Source: a virus (Duplodnaviria; Caudoviricetes). Taken from it: DNA of 57,531 bases. The translations under genes and the position numbers were made by a program. The stretch covers positions 1-57,531 of the IMG/VR virus record IMGVR_UViG_3300027777_000042; one strand, given 5' to 3'. Positions 28,934-36,905 of this stretch are shown piece by piece. Below the pieces are notes generated by a model. The model saw only the letters and a list, made by a program, of their open reading frames with translations, was not told where the DNA came from and did not search any database. Within the stretch, counting starts at the first letter, position 1. Each line of letters starts with the position of its first letter.

Positions 28934-29215
28934 ATGTTACCAATTGACTGGCACAGACAAAGAATTAAAACAGGCATGAGTCCTTCAGCCGAAGCACTAT
29001 TGTGTTTAATATCAGTGTATAAAGCAATGACAGTTATGGAATTAGTTGCATTGGCATTAAAAGAAGAAATTGCATCATCAGCAACTATTCACCGCAGCTT
29101 TATGTGGCTTCGTAAAAGTAAGTTCATTAGCATAGAGTTTCATGATGGTAATCAAAGAACTAAATATGTTATTGCAACTAAAAAAGGCGATAAATATATA
29201 GGGGTTGGAAAATGA
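28934..29215 (+). CDS. MarR-like winged-helix DNA-binding protein
   Basis: SSATIHRSFMWLRKSKFI...DGNQRTKYVIATKKG fits an HTH plus wing. Confidence 0.6.
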   Translation: MLPIDWHRQRIKTGMSPSAEALLCLISVYKAMTVMELVALALKEEIASSATIHRSFMWLRKSKFISIEFHDGNQRTKYVIATKKGDKYIGVGK

Positions 29216-29385
29216 ATAACAATTTCATATACGAATACGACCAACACGAGGCTGATGAACTTCGTCTTCAAGACCAATTTGAACGTAAGCAACGGCAAAA
29301 ATATGCTGCCCATCCTGATTGTAGGGATCCTGATCATCCCGGTTGTGATAGATGCAGTGAAAGTGATGATGACAATGACGACTAG
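29212..29385 (+). CDS. 57-aa Cys/His-motif protein (not in ORF track)
   Basis: MNNNFIYEY...HPDCRDPDHPGCDRC...; ATGA overlap with the upstream gene. Confidence 0.6.
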   Translation: MNNNFIYEYDQHEADELRLQDQFERKQRQKYAAHPDCRDPDHPGCDRCSESDDDNDD

Positions 29386-30037
29386 AAAAGTAGCAATTCT
29401 TTGCCCATCATATGATGCCAAGGTTCATTGTAACTTTTGCATATCTATGGCTGAAATATTTAGATTGGGTTCGCATATTAAAAGTATGTCAATGCATCTA
29501 AATTTTCTTATGCATGAATCTATTATTGAACGTGCTAGAAATCATTTGCTGCAAGATGCTTATGATCAAGGCATGGATGATTTTGTGTTCATAGATACAG
29601 ATCAGTCATTTGATCCTGCTGCATTTTTTGCTGTACTTGGTCATCAAGTTGATGTTGTAGGTATTCCTGTTCGCATGAAGGATAGTGAAGAACATTACAA
29701 TATTAGACCTGAAGACATGAGTCAGCATACATATGATCCATGGCTTGGTTTATTGGAAGTCAAAAGCATTGGCACTGGATTTTTTCGTTTGTCTAGAAAA
29801 GCCGTCACATATTTAATGGATAACTCCATATCATATTTGGATGGCTTCACCACAAGAAAACGTATGTTCCAATGCGATGTATTTGACAATGGTTATGTGT
29901 CGGAAGATATTAACCTGTGTAATAAGCTAATCAATGGCGGATTTAAAGTCTACGCAGATATTAATCACACATGTGCTCATTACGGTGATGCAACATACAC
30001 AGGTAATTTTGCTGACTGGTATAGGAAACAAGTATGA
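29375..30037 (+). CDS. GT-A (family 2-like) glycosyltransferase (start corrected to MTTRKVAIL)
   Basis: VAILCPSY, IERARN, FIDTD (DxD), IGTGF, SEDINLC motifs. Confidence 0.7.
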   Translation: MTTRKVAILCPSYDAKVHCNFCISMAEIFRLGSHIKSMSMHLNFLMHESIIERARNHLLQDAYDQGMDDFVFIDTDQSFDPAAFFAVLGHQVDVVGIPVRMKDSEEHYNIRPEDMSQHTYDPWLGLLEVKSIGTGFFRLSRKAVTYLMDNSISYLDGFTTRKRMFQCDVFDNGYVSEDINLCNKLINGGFKVYADINHTCAHYGDATYTGNFADWYRKQV

Positions 30038-30237
30038 ACTGTCCACATTGTGGTGCTTGGAGTTTTGTAAATTACACTAAAATGCCTAGACGCAGAAGAG
30101 AATGCGCTAATGGACACAGGTTTACCACACAGGAAATATGTATTGATGATCAATTAAAAGAAGCAAAACTAACACGAATGCAAGTAGCAAAACTATTTCA
30201 AAAACGTAACTTAAAGGAAAAATCAAATGATGTATGA
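30034..30237 (+). CDS. NrdR-N-like zinc-ribbon protein
   Basis: MNCPHCG...RRRRECANGHRFTTQE. Confidence 0.7.
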   Translation: MNCPHCGAWSFVNYTKMPRRRRECANGHRFTTQEICIDDQLKEAKLTRMQVAKLFQKRNLKEKSNDV

Positions 30238-30628
30238 TAAAGTAAAAGAATTTAGACTTAAACTTAAACTGCCTGTATCAGATACACCGGCATTATTACA
30301 GCCAGAACACATGAGTTTTTATGCAAGATTTATCATGGAAGAATTAAGCGAACTTATGCGTGCACATGAAAAAGAAAACATGGTTGATGCTGCTGATGCA
30401 ATCACTGATTTAATTTATGTTGCAATGGGTTGTGCTCATCATATGGGTTTACCATTAGAACAGATTTTTAATGTGGTTCATGATGCTAACATGCAAAAAA
30501 CACCTGGTTCAACTAACCGTGGTGTACAACAAGATGCTCAAAAACCTGAAGGTTGGCAGGCACCTGAAGAAAAAATAAATAAAATTTTAAATAAATATTT
30601 GTTTACTTCCCATCAAACCATGGTATAA
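30227..30628 (+). CDS. MazG/PRA-PH-like all-alpha NTP pyrophosphohydrolase
   Basis: EELSEL...DAITDLIYV...VHDANMQK...KPEGW. Confidence 0.8.
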   Translation: MMYDKVKEFRLKLKLPVSDTPALLQPEHMSFYARFIMEELSELMRAHEKENMVDAADAITDLIYVAMGCAHHMGLPLEQIFNVVHDANMQKTPGSTNRGVQQDAQKPEGWQAPEEKINKILNKYLFTSHQTMV

Positions 30629-30691
30629 TCCAACTGTTTACTACGGTAAACAACACTAAACTTTCTTAACTTTCTAAAACAGGAGTATTAA
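30600..30691 (+). promoter_or_regulatory. Promoter plus palindromic operator and translational leader
   Basis: TTTACT-N16-TATAAT with extended TG; TGTTTAC-TACG-GTAAACA palindrome; CTTAACTTTCT; AGGAG. Confidence 0.7.
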
Positions 30692-30907
30692 ATGGCTAAA
30701 AACCTTAAAATAAAAGTAAACATTGTAAAACGTGAAGATGCAATCATTAAAATTGCACAGGATTTAATAGAATCAGAAGATGATTTGGAATCTTATGTTT
30801 GTGATTTACTAATTGGTGAAACACAACCAGTTACTAAATGGTCTGATCAGGATATCATCGACCATTATGAGTATGTTCACGGTGAAATAATCGAACTTAA
30901 GGATTAA
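30692..30907 (+). CDS. Small acidic hypothetical protein
   Basis: 71 aa with a strong AGGAG RBS behind the promoter. Confidence 0.65.
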   Translation: MAKNLKIKVNIVKREDAIIKIAQDLIESEDDLESYVCDLLIGETQPVTKWSDQDIIDHYEYVHGEIIELKD

Positions 30908-30912
30908 TCATC

Positions 30913-31407
30913 ATGAATATATTTTTCTTACATCGTGTTCCTAACATTGCCGCACTTTACCATTGCGACAAACATGTAGTTAAAATGATTCTAGAATCAG
31001 GTCAACTACTTGCCACATGCCATCACGAATATGGCAATCCAGTTACATGGAAACCAACACATAAAAATCACCCTAGTGCTGTTTGGGTTCGTCAATCCAG
31101 ACTACATTATGACTATGTTAATGCACTTGGTCGTTGTTTATCCAAGGAATTTTATCGTAGGTATGGTCATCATCATAAATCAAGTCAATTGTTTAATGGC
31201 GAATTAGCATATGCACCTAAGCCTATGTATTCAATGCCTTTAACATGGCAAGATCCTCCGCAATGTATGCCTGATGAATGTAAACACGAAGATGCTGTAA
31301 CAGCTTATCAAACTTACTATCGGCATAAAAAGTCTATCATGTCCATGGTATGGTACAAAGGTCAAAATCATTTTACGCCACGTTTTATGGAGTCAGCAAA
31401 TGTCTAA
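30913..31407 (+). CDS. Pyrimidine-dimer DNA glycosylase-like (DenV/Pyr_excise family)
   Basis: MNIFFL...HCDKHVVKMILESGQLL...THKNHPSAVWVR...PPQCMP...AYQTYY. Confidence 0.7.
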   Translation: MNIFFLHRVPNIAALYHCDKHVVKMILESGQLLATCHHEYGNPVTWKPTHKNHPSAVWVRQSRLHYDYVNALGRCLSKEFYRRYGHHHKSSQLFNGELAYAPKPMYSMPLTWQDPPQCMPDECKHEDAVTAYQTYYRHKKSIMSMVWYKGQNHFTPRFMESANV

Positions 31408-31864
31408 TCAGCACAAATGGGATATGCGGTATCTTAATTTAGCTAAGTTAGTTTCAACTTGGTCTAAAGATCCATCTACAAAATGTGGTGCTGTTATTGT
31501 TAACCAGCACAATGAAATTATTAGTGTTGGGTTTAATGGTCTGCCTAAACTTGTCACTGATAACGAGGAAAGGTTGACAAATCGTGACATTAAGTTGAAA
31601 ATGATAATTCATGCAGAAAGAAATGCTATTATTTTCGCTAAAAAAGATCTTAGGAATTGCACAATTTATACATATCCAATGATGGCTTGTAGTGAATGTG
31701 CAGCAATGATCATTCAGGCTGGATTTAGTCGCCATGTTTCCATGTTAAGCCCAAATAAGCATTGGCAAGATTCATGGAAAATTGCAGGCGAAATGTTTGA
31801 TGAAGCTGGTATGGTTGTGGATATCTATACAAAGTCAGAATTGGAGAATGAAAATGTTGATTAA
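31400..31864 (+). CDS. dCMP deaminase
   Basis: SKDPSTKCGAVIV, GFNG, HAERNA, CSEC zinc motifs. Confidence 0.9.
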   Translation: MSNQHKWDMRYLNLAKLVSTWSKDPSTKCGAVIVNQHNEIISVGFNGLPKLVTDNEERLTNRDIKLKMIIHAERNAIIFAKKDLRNCTIYTYPMMACSECAAMIIQAGFSRHVSMLSPNKHWQDSWKIAGEMFDEAGMVVDIYTKSELENENVD

Positions 31865-32228
31865 TGAATTAATAGACCAAATTGTTGAAATTAAAATTAA
31901 ACGTGACGAATGCACAGCATTAGATAAAGAACTTTCTAAAACACAAGCAATGTTAGAAGGTGATTTAATGAATTTAATGTCTACAGCAGGTACAACCAAA
32001 GCTGCTTCTGAAGCTGGTCATTCTGTTACAATGAAAAAAGTTGTTCATCCAACTATTATCGATTGGGATTTGTTTTATGATTATGTTACAAAGACTAAAA
32101 GCTTTGACTTATTGCATAAACGTTTAAGTTCTACAGCTTTCAGAGATCGCTGGGAAGCTAAGGAGGAAATACCCGGTTCCTCCTCTGCAGAAGTCTGGGG
32201 TATCACCGTTACTAAATCACGTAAATAA
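31854..32228 (+). CDS. Hypothetical replication-module protein (start corrected to MLINELI)
   Basis: GGAG RBS; coiled coil then DWDLFYDYV...LLHKRLS...IPG. Confidence 0.55.
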   Translation: MLINELIDQIVEIKIKRDECTALDKELSKTQAMLEGDLMNLMSTAGTTKAASEAGHSVTMKKVVHPTIIDWDLFYDYVTKTKSFDLLHKRLSSTAFRDRWEAKEEIPGSSSAEVWGITVTKSRK

Positions 32229-32237
32229 GGAATTAAT

Positions 32238-32975
32238 ATGTCTAAAAATCAAGTTGCATTATTCGAAAACGAATTGGAAAAAATGGCTCAAGCTTCTTTG
32301 GAGGCTGAAAAAGGTAGTGCAGGAATTACATTCCTTAGCACTAAAGGTGGCATACTAACTTACAAGGATAATCCTATTGCAGGTAATAGCCTTGAGGTTG
32401 TTGTTATTGCCTCACCTGTTGAAAGGCTTTACTATACAGCTCGTTACGATCCTACAAAGCCTGCAGGTCCTGTGTGTTTTGCCTTAGGTCAAACCATGAC
32501 TGGTTTAAAGCCTAATGTTAACTCAGAGCAAAAACAGTCTGACACTTGTGCTAACTGCCCTAAAGATCAATGGGGTAGTTCAACAACAGGTGGTAAAGGT
32601 AAAGCTTGTGCTGAAAAACGTAGACTTTTAATCGTGACAGCAGATTCCATCGGTTCTATTGATGCAGTTAATATGGCTGAAGTTGCAGCATTACGAGCAC
32701 CAGTGACCTCAGTAAAAGCATTTGCTGTTTATTTGCAAAAGATTGCTAATGCAGTTAAACGTCCACTTTCAGCAGTGGTTACTAAAATTAGTCTTGTGCC
32801 TGATCCAAAAACACAATTCAAACTTGAATTTGATTTTGTTCGTGCAATTGATGATGTTGAAATCATTAAAGCTTTAATCACTAGAGGTGAAAAAGAAATG
32901 ACTAATGCAGTGGAAACTGCTGGTATTGATGATGGTGAAACCACAAATGCCGTTTCTCAGTCAACAAAGTATTAA
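32238..32975 (+). CDS. Putative ssDNA-binding/annealing protein with Cys4 site
   Basis: PVCFA...CANCPKDQWGS...GKACAEKRRL, acidic tail, directly upstream of the polymerase. Confidence 0.55.
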   Translation: MSKNQVALFENELEKMAQASLEAEKGSAGITFLSTKGGILTYKDNPIAGNSLEVVVIASPVERLYYTARYDPTKPAGPVCFALGQTMTGLKPNVNSEQKQSDTCANCPKDQWGSSTTGGKGKACAEKRRLLIVTADSIGSIDAVNMAEVAALRAPVTSVKAFAVYLQKIANAVKRPLSAVVTKISLVPDPKTQFKLEFDFVRAIDDVEIIKALITRGEKEMTNAVETAGIDDGETTNAVSQSTKY

Positions 32976-32976
32976 G

Positions 32977-34797
32977 ATGTCTGATCCTATCTTCCTAGAC
33001 TTTGAAACGGAAGCAATCGGTCCTAGACCTAAATTTTACCCACCAAAACCTGTTGGTTTAGCGGTATTAGATAGGTCTGGACAATTTCAATCCGGTTATT
33101 TTGCATTTGCACATGACACAGGTAATAACTCTAGCTTTAAAGCAGTTAGAGATATTCTTGTGCAGATCTATGAAAGTGGTAGACATATTTGTTTTCATAA
33201 TGCCATGTTTGATATGGCAGTTATTATGGAACATTTTGATCTACCATTTCTTAATCCTATGCGTGTTGAAGATACTTTGGTGTTAGCCTTTTTATATGAT
33301 CCATATGTAAGAAGTTTAGCACTAAAAGAACTTTGTAAGGAATGGTTAGGTGTTCAACCAGAAGAACGTGATGAGCTATTTGAGTGGCTTATTGCTAATA
33401 TTCCTGAAGTTAAAAAGAAACCTAAACAAGCTGGTGCATTTATTGCGCGTGGTCCTGCACAATTGGTTGGTAAATATGCAAATGCAGATGTAAGACTAAC
33501 AGCATTGTTGTATGACTTTACACGTGAAGTACAAGCTACAATGTCCGATGCTTATATTCGTGAAATAACATTGATGCCAATTTTACTTGAAAATTCTAAA
33601 CTTGGTGTTCGTGTTGATCGTGATGGAATGCTTGAATGTCAAACACAGTCATTACATGATATTGGATTATGCGAACAATGGCTTAATACATATTTCAATG
33701 TTTCAGAAATCAATTACAACTCAGGTCAGCAATTGGTTGATTTAATTCAAACCAAAGGTTGTTTTTATGATAATAAACGTTGGCCAAAGAGTGATAAAGG
33801 CACATTACTATCCGATAAAGAAACACTAAAAGACATGATTACCGATGAAGTTCTTGTAACTGTACTTCGGTATCGTGACTTATTGGTTAAACTTAATGGA
33901 ACATATATTGAGCCATGGTTGGAACAGTCAGCATTTAATGGTAGGATTTACACTGAATGGAATACTGTTAGAGGTGAAGTTGGTGGCACAAGAACTGGTA
34001 GATTATCAGCCAAACCAACACTTCAGACTATGCCAACCAAGGAACCTCAGTCTAAACTACCGCCTGAATTGCAAAGTGTTGTATTACCTAGAGTTAGGAA
34101 ATACATACTTCCAGATGAAGGTGATGTGGTTGTTTCAGTGGATTTCCAAGCACAGGAACTTAGACTATTTGCACACTTTGAGGATGGTAAATTAGCAGCA
34201 CAGTACCGTAAAGACCCTAAAGCAGATCTACATGCATTTGCAGCAGGTATTATGTCTGAAAAAGCTGGTAGACCTATCATTAGGGATTATGCAAAGGTTA
34301 TGTCATTTGGCATATTGTATGGTGCAGGGCCTAAAAAGATCAGTGAAATGCTAGGTATTCCATACCCTGAGGCAAAGAACTTAATTGACTTGTACAAGAC
34401 TGAAGTTGCACCTGGTCTTGACAAGATCAATAATGATTTAACCAATAGGTATAGACTTCGTGCACCATTTACCACTATTGGTGGTAGATTGGTGAAAGGT
34501 GAACCACCTAAATTTATCAACGGCAAAATGATGGAATTCGGATTTAAGTCATTAAACACATTGATTCAAGGTTCCGGCGCTGATATGAATAAGAAAGCTA
34601 TGATTGACTATTACAAAACAGCCAAAGATAGCAGACTTCTTTTATCATTACATGATGAACTAATCATTTCAGTCAGAGAAGAGCATGCAGAACGTGAAGC
34701 TGAAAACTTAGCTAATTGCATGCTTAATTGCTTTAAATTAGATGTCCCATTAATTGCTGAACCAAAAATCGGCCGTAACTTTGCAGAGATTAAATAA
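32977..34797 (+). CDS. polA: Family A DNA polymerase with 3'-5' exonuclease (start corrected to MSDPIFLDFET)
   Basis: ExoI DFETE, ExoII HNAMFD, ExoIII YANAD; TRTGRLS; motif A DFQAQELR; motif B AKVMSFGILYG; IQGSGAD; motif C LHDE. Confidence 0.95.
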   Translation: MSDPIFLDFETEAIGPRPKFYPPKPVGLAVLDRSGQFQSGYFAFAHDTGNNSSFKAVRDILVQIYESGRHICFHNAMFDMAVIMEHFDLPFLNPMRVEDTLVLAFLYDPYVRSLALKELCKEWLGVQPEERDELFEWLIANIPEVKKKPKQAGAFIARGPAQLVGKYANADVRLTALLYDFTREVQATMSDAYIREITLMPILLENSKLGVRVDRDGMLECQTQSLHDIGLCEQWLNTYFNVSEINYNSGQQLVDLIQTKGCFYDNKRWPKSDKGTLLSDKETLKDMITDEVLVTVLRYRDLLVKLNGTYIEPWLEQSAFNGRIYTEWNTVRGEVGGTRTGRLSAKPTLQTMPTKEPQSKLPPELQSVVLPRVRKYILPDEGDVVVSVDFQAQELRLFAHFEDGKLAAQYRKDPKADLHAFAAGIMSEKAGRPIIRDYAKVMSFGILYGAGPKKISEMLGIPYPEAKNLIDLYKTEVAPGLDKINNDLTNRYRLRAPFTTIGGRLVKGEPPKFINGKMMEFGFKSLNTLIQGSGADMNKKAMIDYYKTAKDSRLLLSLHDELIISVREEHAEREAENLANCMLNCFKLDVPLIAEPKIGRNFAEIK

Positions 34798-35441
34798 TGC
34801 CATATCCTTATTCATATTCAGCAATCAAAATGTACGAAGAATGTCCATCTAAATACAAATTTAGTCGCATACTTCGATTACCACAACCATCAGGACCTGC
34901 AGCAGAACGTGGCACAATGATTCATGCAGAGATTGAAAATGCTATTAAAGGTGGATTAGATCTTTTGTCCGATGAGATTATGCATTTGGCTAATAGCATT
35001 AAAGTATGGAAAGAAAATGGTGCACAATCAGAGATGAAATTCTCTGTTGATAAACATTGGAATGCTATTCCTTATGATGACCCAATGTCAATGTTTCGTG
35101 GTGTAATTGATTTGTATCTTGAACATGAAGATAAAGCAGTTGTAATTGACTTTAAAACAGGTAAAGATAGAGATTATTCCGACCAGATACGTGTGTATTC
35201 AGCTGTTATTTTAGCAACTAAAACACATATATCAGAAGTAAAAAATATCATTGAGTTTATTGATCTTAAAAAGACTAAAGAATATCCTACAATTAAACGC
35301 GAAGACTTAAGTAGTCTTAAATCATTAATGGTTGGTAGAATTCTTGCGCCAGAAAAAGATAACATCTTTGCACCAAATCCAAATCAGTTTTGCAAATGGT
35401 GTCATTACCGTAAAGATAATGGAGGACCTTGCAAATGGTAA
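34797..35441 (+). CDS. PD-(D/E)xK Cas4/RecB-like exonuclease
   Basis: SYSAIKMYEECP, GTMIH, GVIDL, IDFKTG, Q..Y, CKWC..C. Confidence 0.85.
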   Translation: MPYPYSYSAIKMYEECPSKYKFSRILRLPQPSGPAAERGTMIHAEIENAIKGGLDLLSDEIMHLANSIKVWKENGAQSEMKFSVDKHWNAIPYDDPMSMFRGVIDLYLEHEDKAVVIDFKTGKDRDYSDQIRVYSAVILATKTHISEVKNIIEFIDLKKTKEYPTIKREDLSSLKSLMVGRILAPEKDNIFAPNPNQFCKWCHYRKDNGGPCKW

Positions 35442-35581
35442 ATGCACCTGCACCATCAAAAGATACTGCACTTTTTTTGGCAGAATATTATTGGAATAAT
35501 AAGCAGCCTCAACGTAGTTGGGATTGGCTATTTGTTTGGGGGTTTTATGACCTATGGCTTTGGGAGTACTGGGATGACTAA
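35435..35581 (+). CDS. 48-aa Trp-rich peptide (not in ORF track)
   Basis: GGAGG RBS; MVNAPAPSKDTALFLAEYYWNNKQPQRSWDWLFVWGFYDLWLWEYWDD. Confidence 0.55.
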   Translation: MVNAPAPSKDTALFLAEYYWNNKQPQRSWDWLFVWGFYDLWLWEYWDD

Positions 35582-35945
35582 AGACGAAGCATTACAAATG
35601 GCGCTTAAGTTTATTGAACGTGTCAACAAAGATGCGTGGATATTGGAAGACTTTGAACCGCAGATGTACGAAGCAATCACCGCTATCAAAGAAGCACTAG
35701 AAACAAAAGATGATCCTGTGGCGATAGTCATATCCGAATCAAGGGCAAACGTAACGCATTCTTGGTGGCATGAGCCTGCATTGCCTATTGGTACAAATCT
35801 CTACACATCACCACAATGCACATGGGTAGGACTGACAGAAGAAGATTTAAAACCAATATGTGATGAATGGCGTATTGTTTATGGCGCATGGATAAACGAC
35901 TTTGCCAGAGACATTGAAGCCAAACTAAAGGAAAAGAACACATGA
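35574..35945 (+). CDS. Hypothetical cassette protein ending WVGLT...AKLKEKNT (start corrected to MTKDEAL)
   Basis: GGGAG RBS before the ATG at 35574; shares its terminal module with the next gene. Confidence 0.6.
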   Translation: MTKDEALQMALKFIERVNKDAWILEDFEPQMYEAITAIKEALETKDDPVAIVISESRANVTHSWWHEPALPIGTNLYTSPQCTWVGLTEEDLKPICDEWRIVYGAWINDFARDIEAKLKEKNT

Positions 35946-36313
35946 ATAGAACTGTTTGCCCCAATGGGATGGTTGATACTTGTTGCGAAAACTACGATAA
36001 CTGCACTCTTTCTTACTACGATAAAGATGCGGAAATCAAACGGCTCAATGAAAAGATTGAGTTTCTTGCCCGAACCAATATGCTATACAGCGATTGGGAG
36101 CATCGGGAAACGCAGGTGACTAGCGAATTAATTCGCAAAGGTATTGAAGAACACAAAATCAATATTGAGTTACGAGCAGAGATTGAAAGCCTTAAACAAC
36201 GCACATGGGTAGGACTCACAGATGAGGATAAACAAAAATTAGCCACAGAGCAACACGATTGGGAAAGTTTATATTTTGCGGTTCAAGCCAAACTCAAGGA
36301 GAAGAACACATGA
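35942..36313 (+). CDS. Hypothetical cassette protein ending WVGLT...AKLKEKNT
   Basis: ATGA-coupled; Cys cluster then coiled coil. Confidence 0.6.
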   Translation: MNRTVCPNGMVDTCCENYDNCTLSYYDKDAEIKRLNEKIEFLARTNMLYSDWEHRETQVTSELIRKGIEEHKINIELRAEIESLKQRTWVGLTDEDKQKLATEQHDWESLYFAVQAKLKEKNT

Positions 36314-36507
36314 TTGAAATAACACCAATCAATCGTAAAAGAACTAAACGTGTGACTATTGACGTTCCAACAGAAATTGACAGGATTCGTGATCGTCTTC
36401 AAGATGACTATGGCGTTAAGATGACTTATGTACAAGTGTTTAGATTCTTAATTCACTTTTACATGCAAAGAGCCAATGAGCCAAAAACAAGATGGAAAGG
36501 ATTGTAA
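36310..36507 (+). CDS. Small basic protein, possibly ribbon-helix-helix (start corrected to MIEITP)
   Basis: AAGGAG RBS, ATGA overlap; KRVTIDV strand followed by two helices. Confidence 0.5.
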   Translation: MIEITPINRKRTKRVTIDVPTEIDRIRDRLQDDYGVKMTYVQVFRFLIHFYMQRANEPKTRWKGL

Positions 36508-36905
36508 TGCTTGAGAGACAACTTGAGCGTTTTTTCAGTCAAGAATGCAAAAGGCTTAATATTGCAACCATTAAATTGCATTTACGCTTTTCAACAGGAT
36601 GGCCAGATCGTTTGATCATCTTAAACAAAAAAGTATGGTGGATAGAACTTAAAACTTTAACTGGTTCACTTAGTCCTAGACAACATGCAGTTCATGACAC
36701 ACTAAAAAGTCTAAACCACAAAGTACTTGTACTAAGAACAAAAGAGGAAATCACAAATGTATTGGAATCCGCATCCTTATCAAATGAAAGCAGTTCAGTT
36801 TCTAGTCGAAAACGGATCAGGTCAACTGTGGCTGGATCCAGGACTAGGAAAGACAAGTATAACATTACAGGCATTGAAGATCTTGAGGGCGGCAAAAGCA
36901 ATTAA
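36507..36905 (+). CDS. VRR-NUC domain nuclease
   Basis: LERQLE...GWPDRLII...IELK...LSPRQ. Confidence 0.8.
   Translation: MLERQLERFFSQECKRLNIATIKLHLRFSTGWPDRLIILNKKVWWIELKTLTGSLSPRQHAVHDTLKSLNHKVLVLRTKEEITNVLESASLSNESSSVSSRKRIRSTVAGSRTRKDKYNITGIEDLEGGKSN

Noticed and set aside
28934-29215. Lysogeny repressor / temperate switch at the divergent region
   Set aside because: No integrase, partition genes or CI-type peptidase domain recognised.
29255-29374. N-terminal membrane anchor on the glycosyltransferase
   Set aside because: Better explained by the overlapping 57-aa Cys/His ORF; the GT fold starts at 29375.
34797-35441. Cas4 as evidence of a CRISPR system
   Set aside because: Stand-alone phage exonuclease in a replication module; no other cas genes or array.
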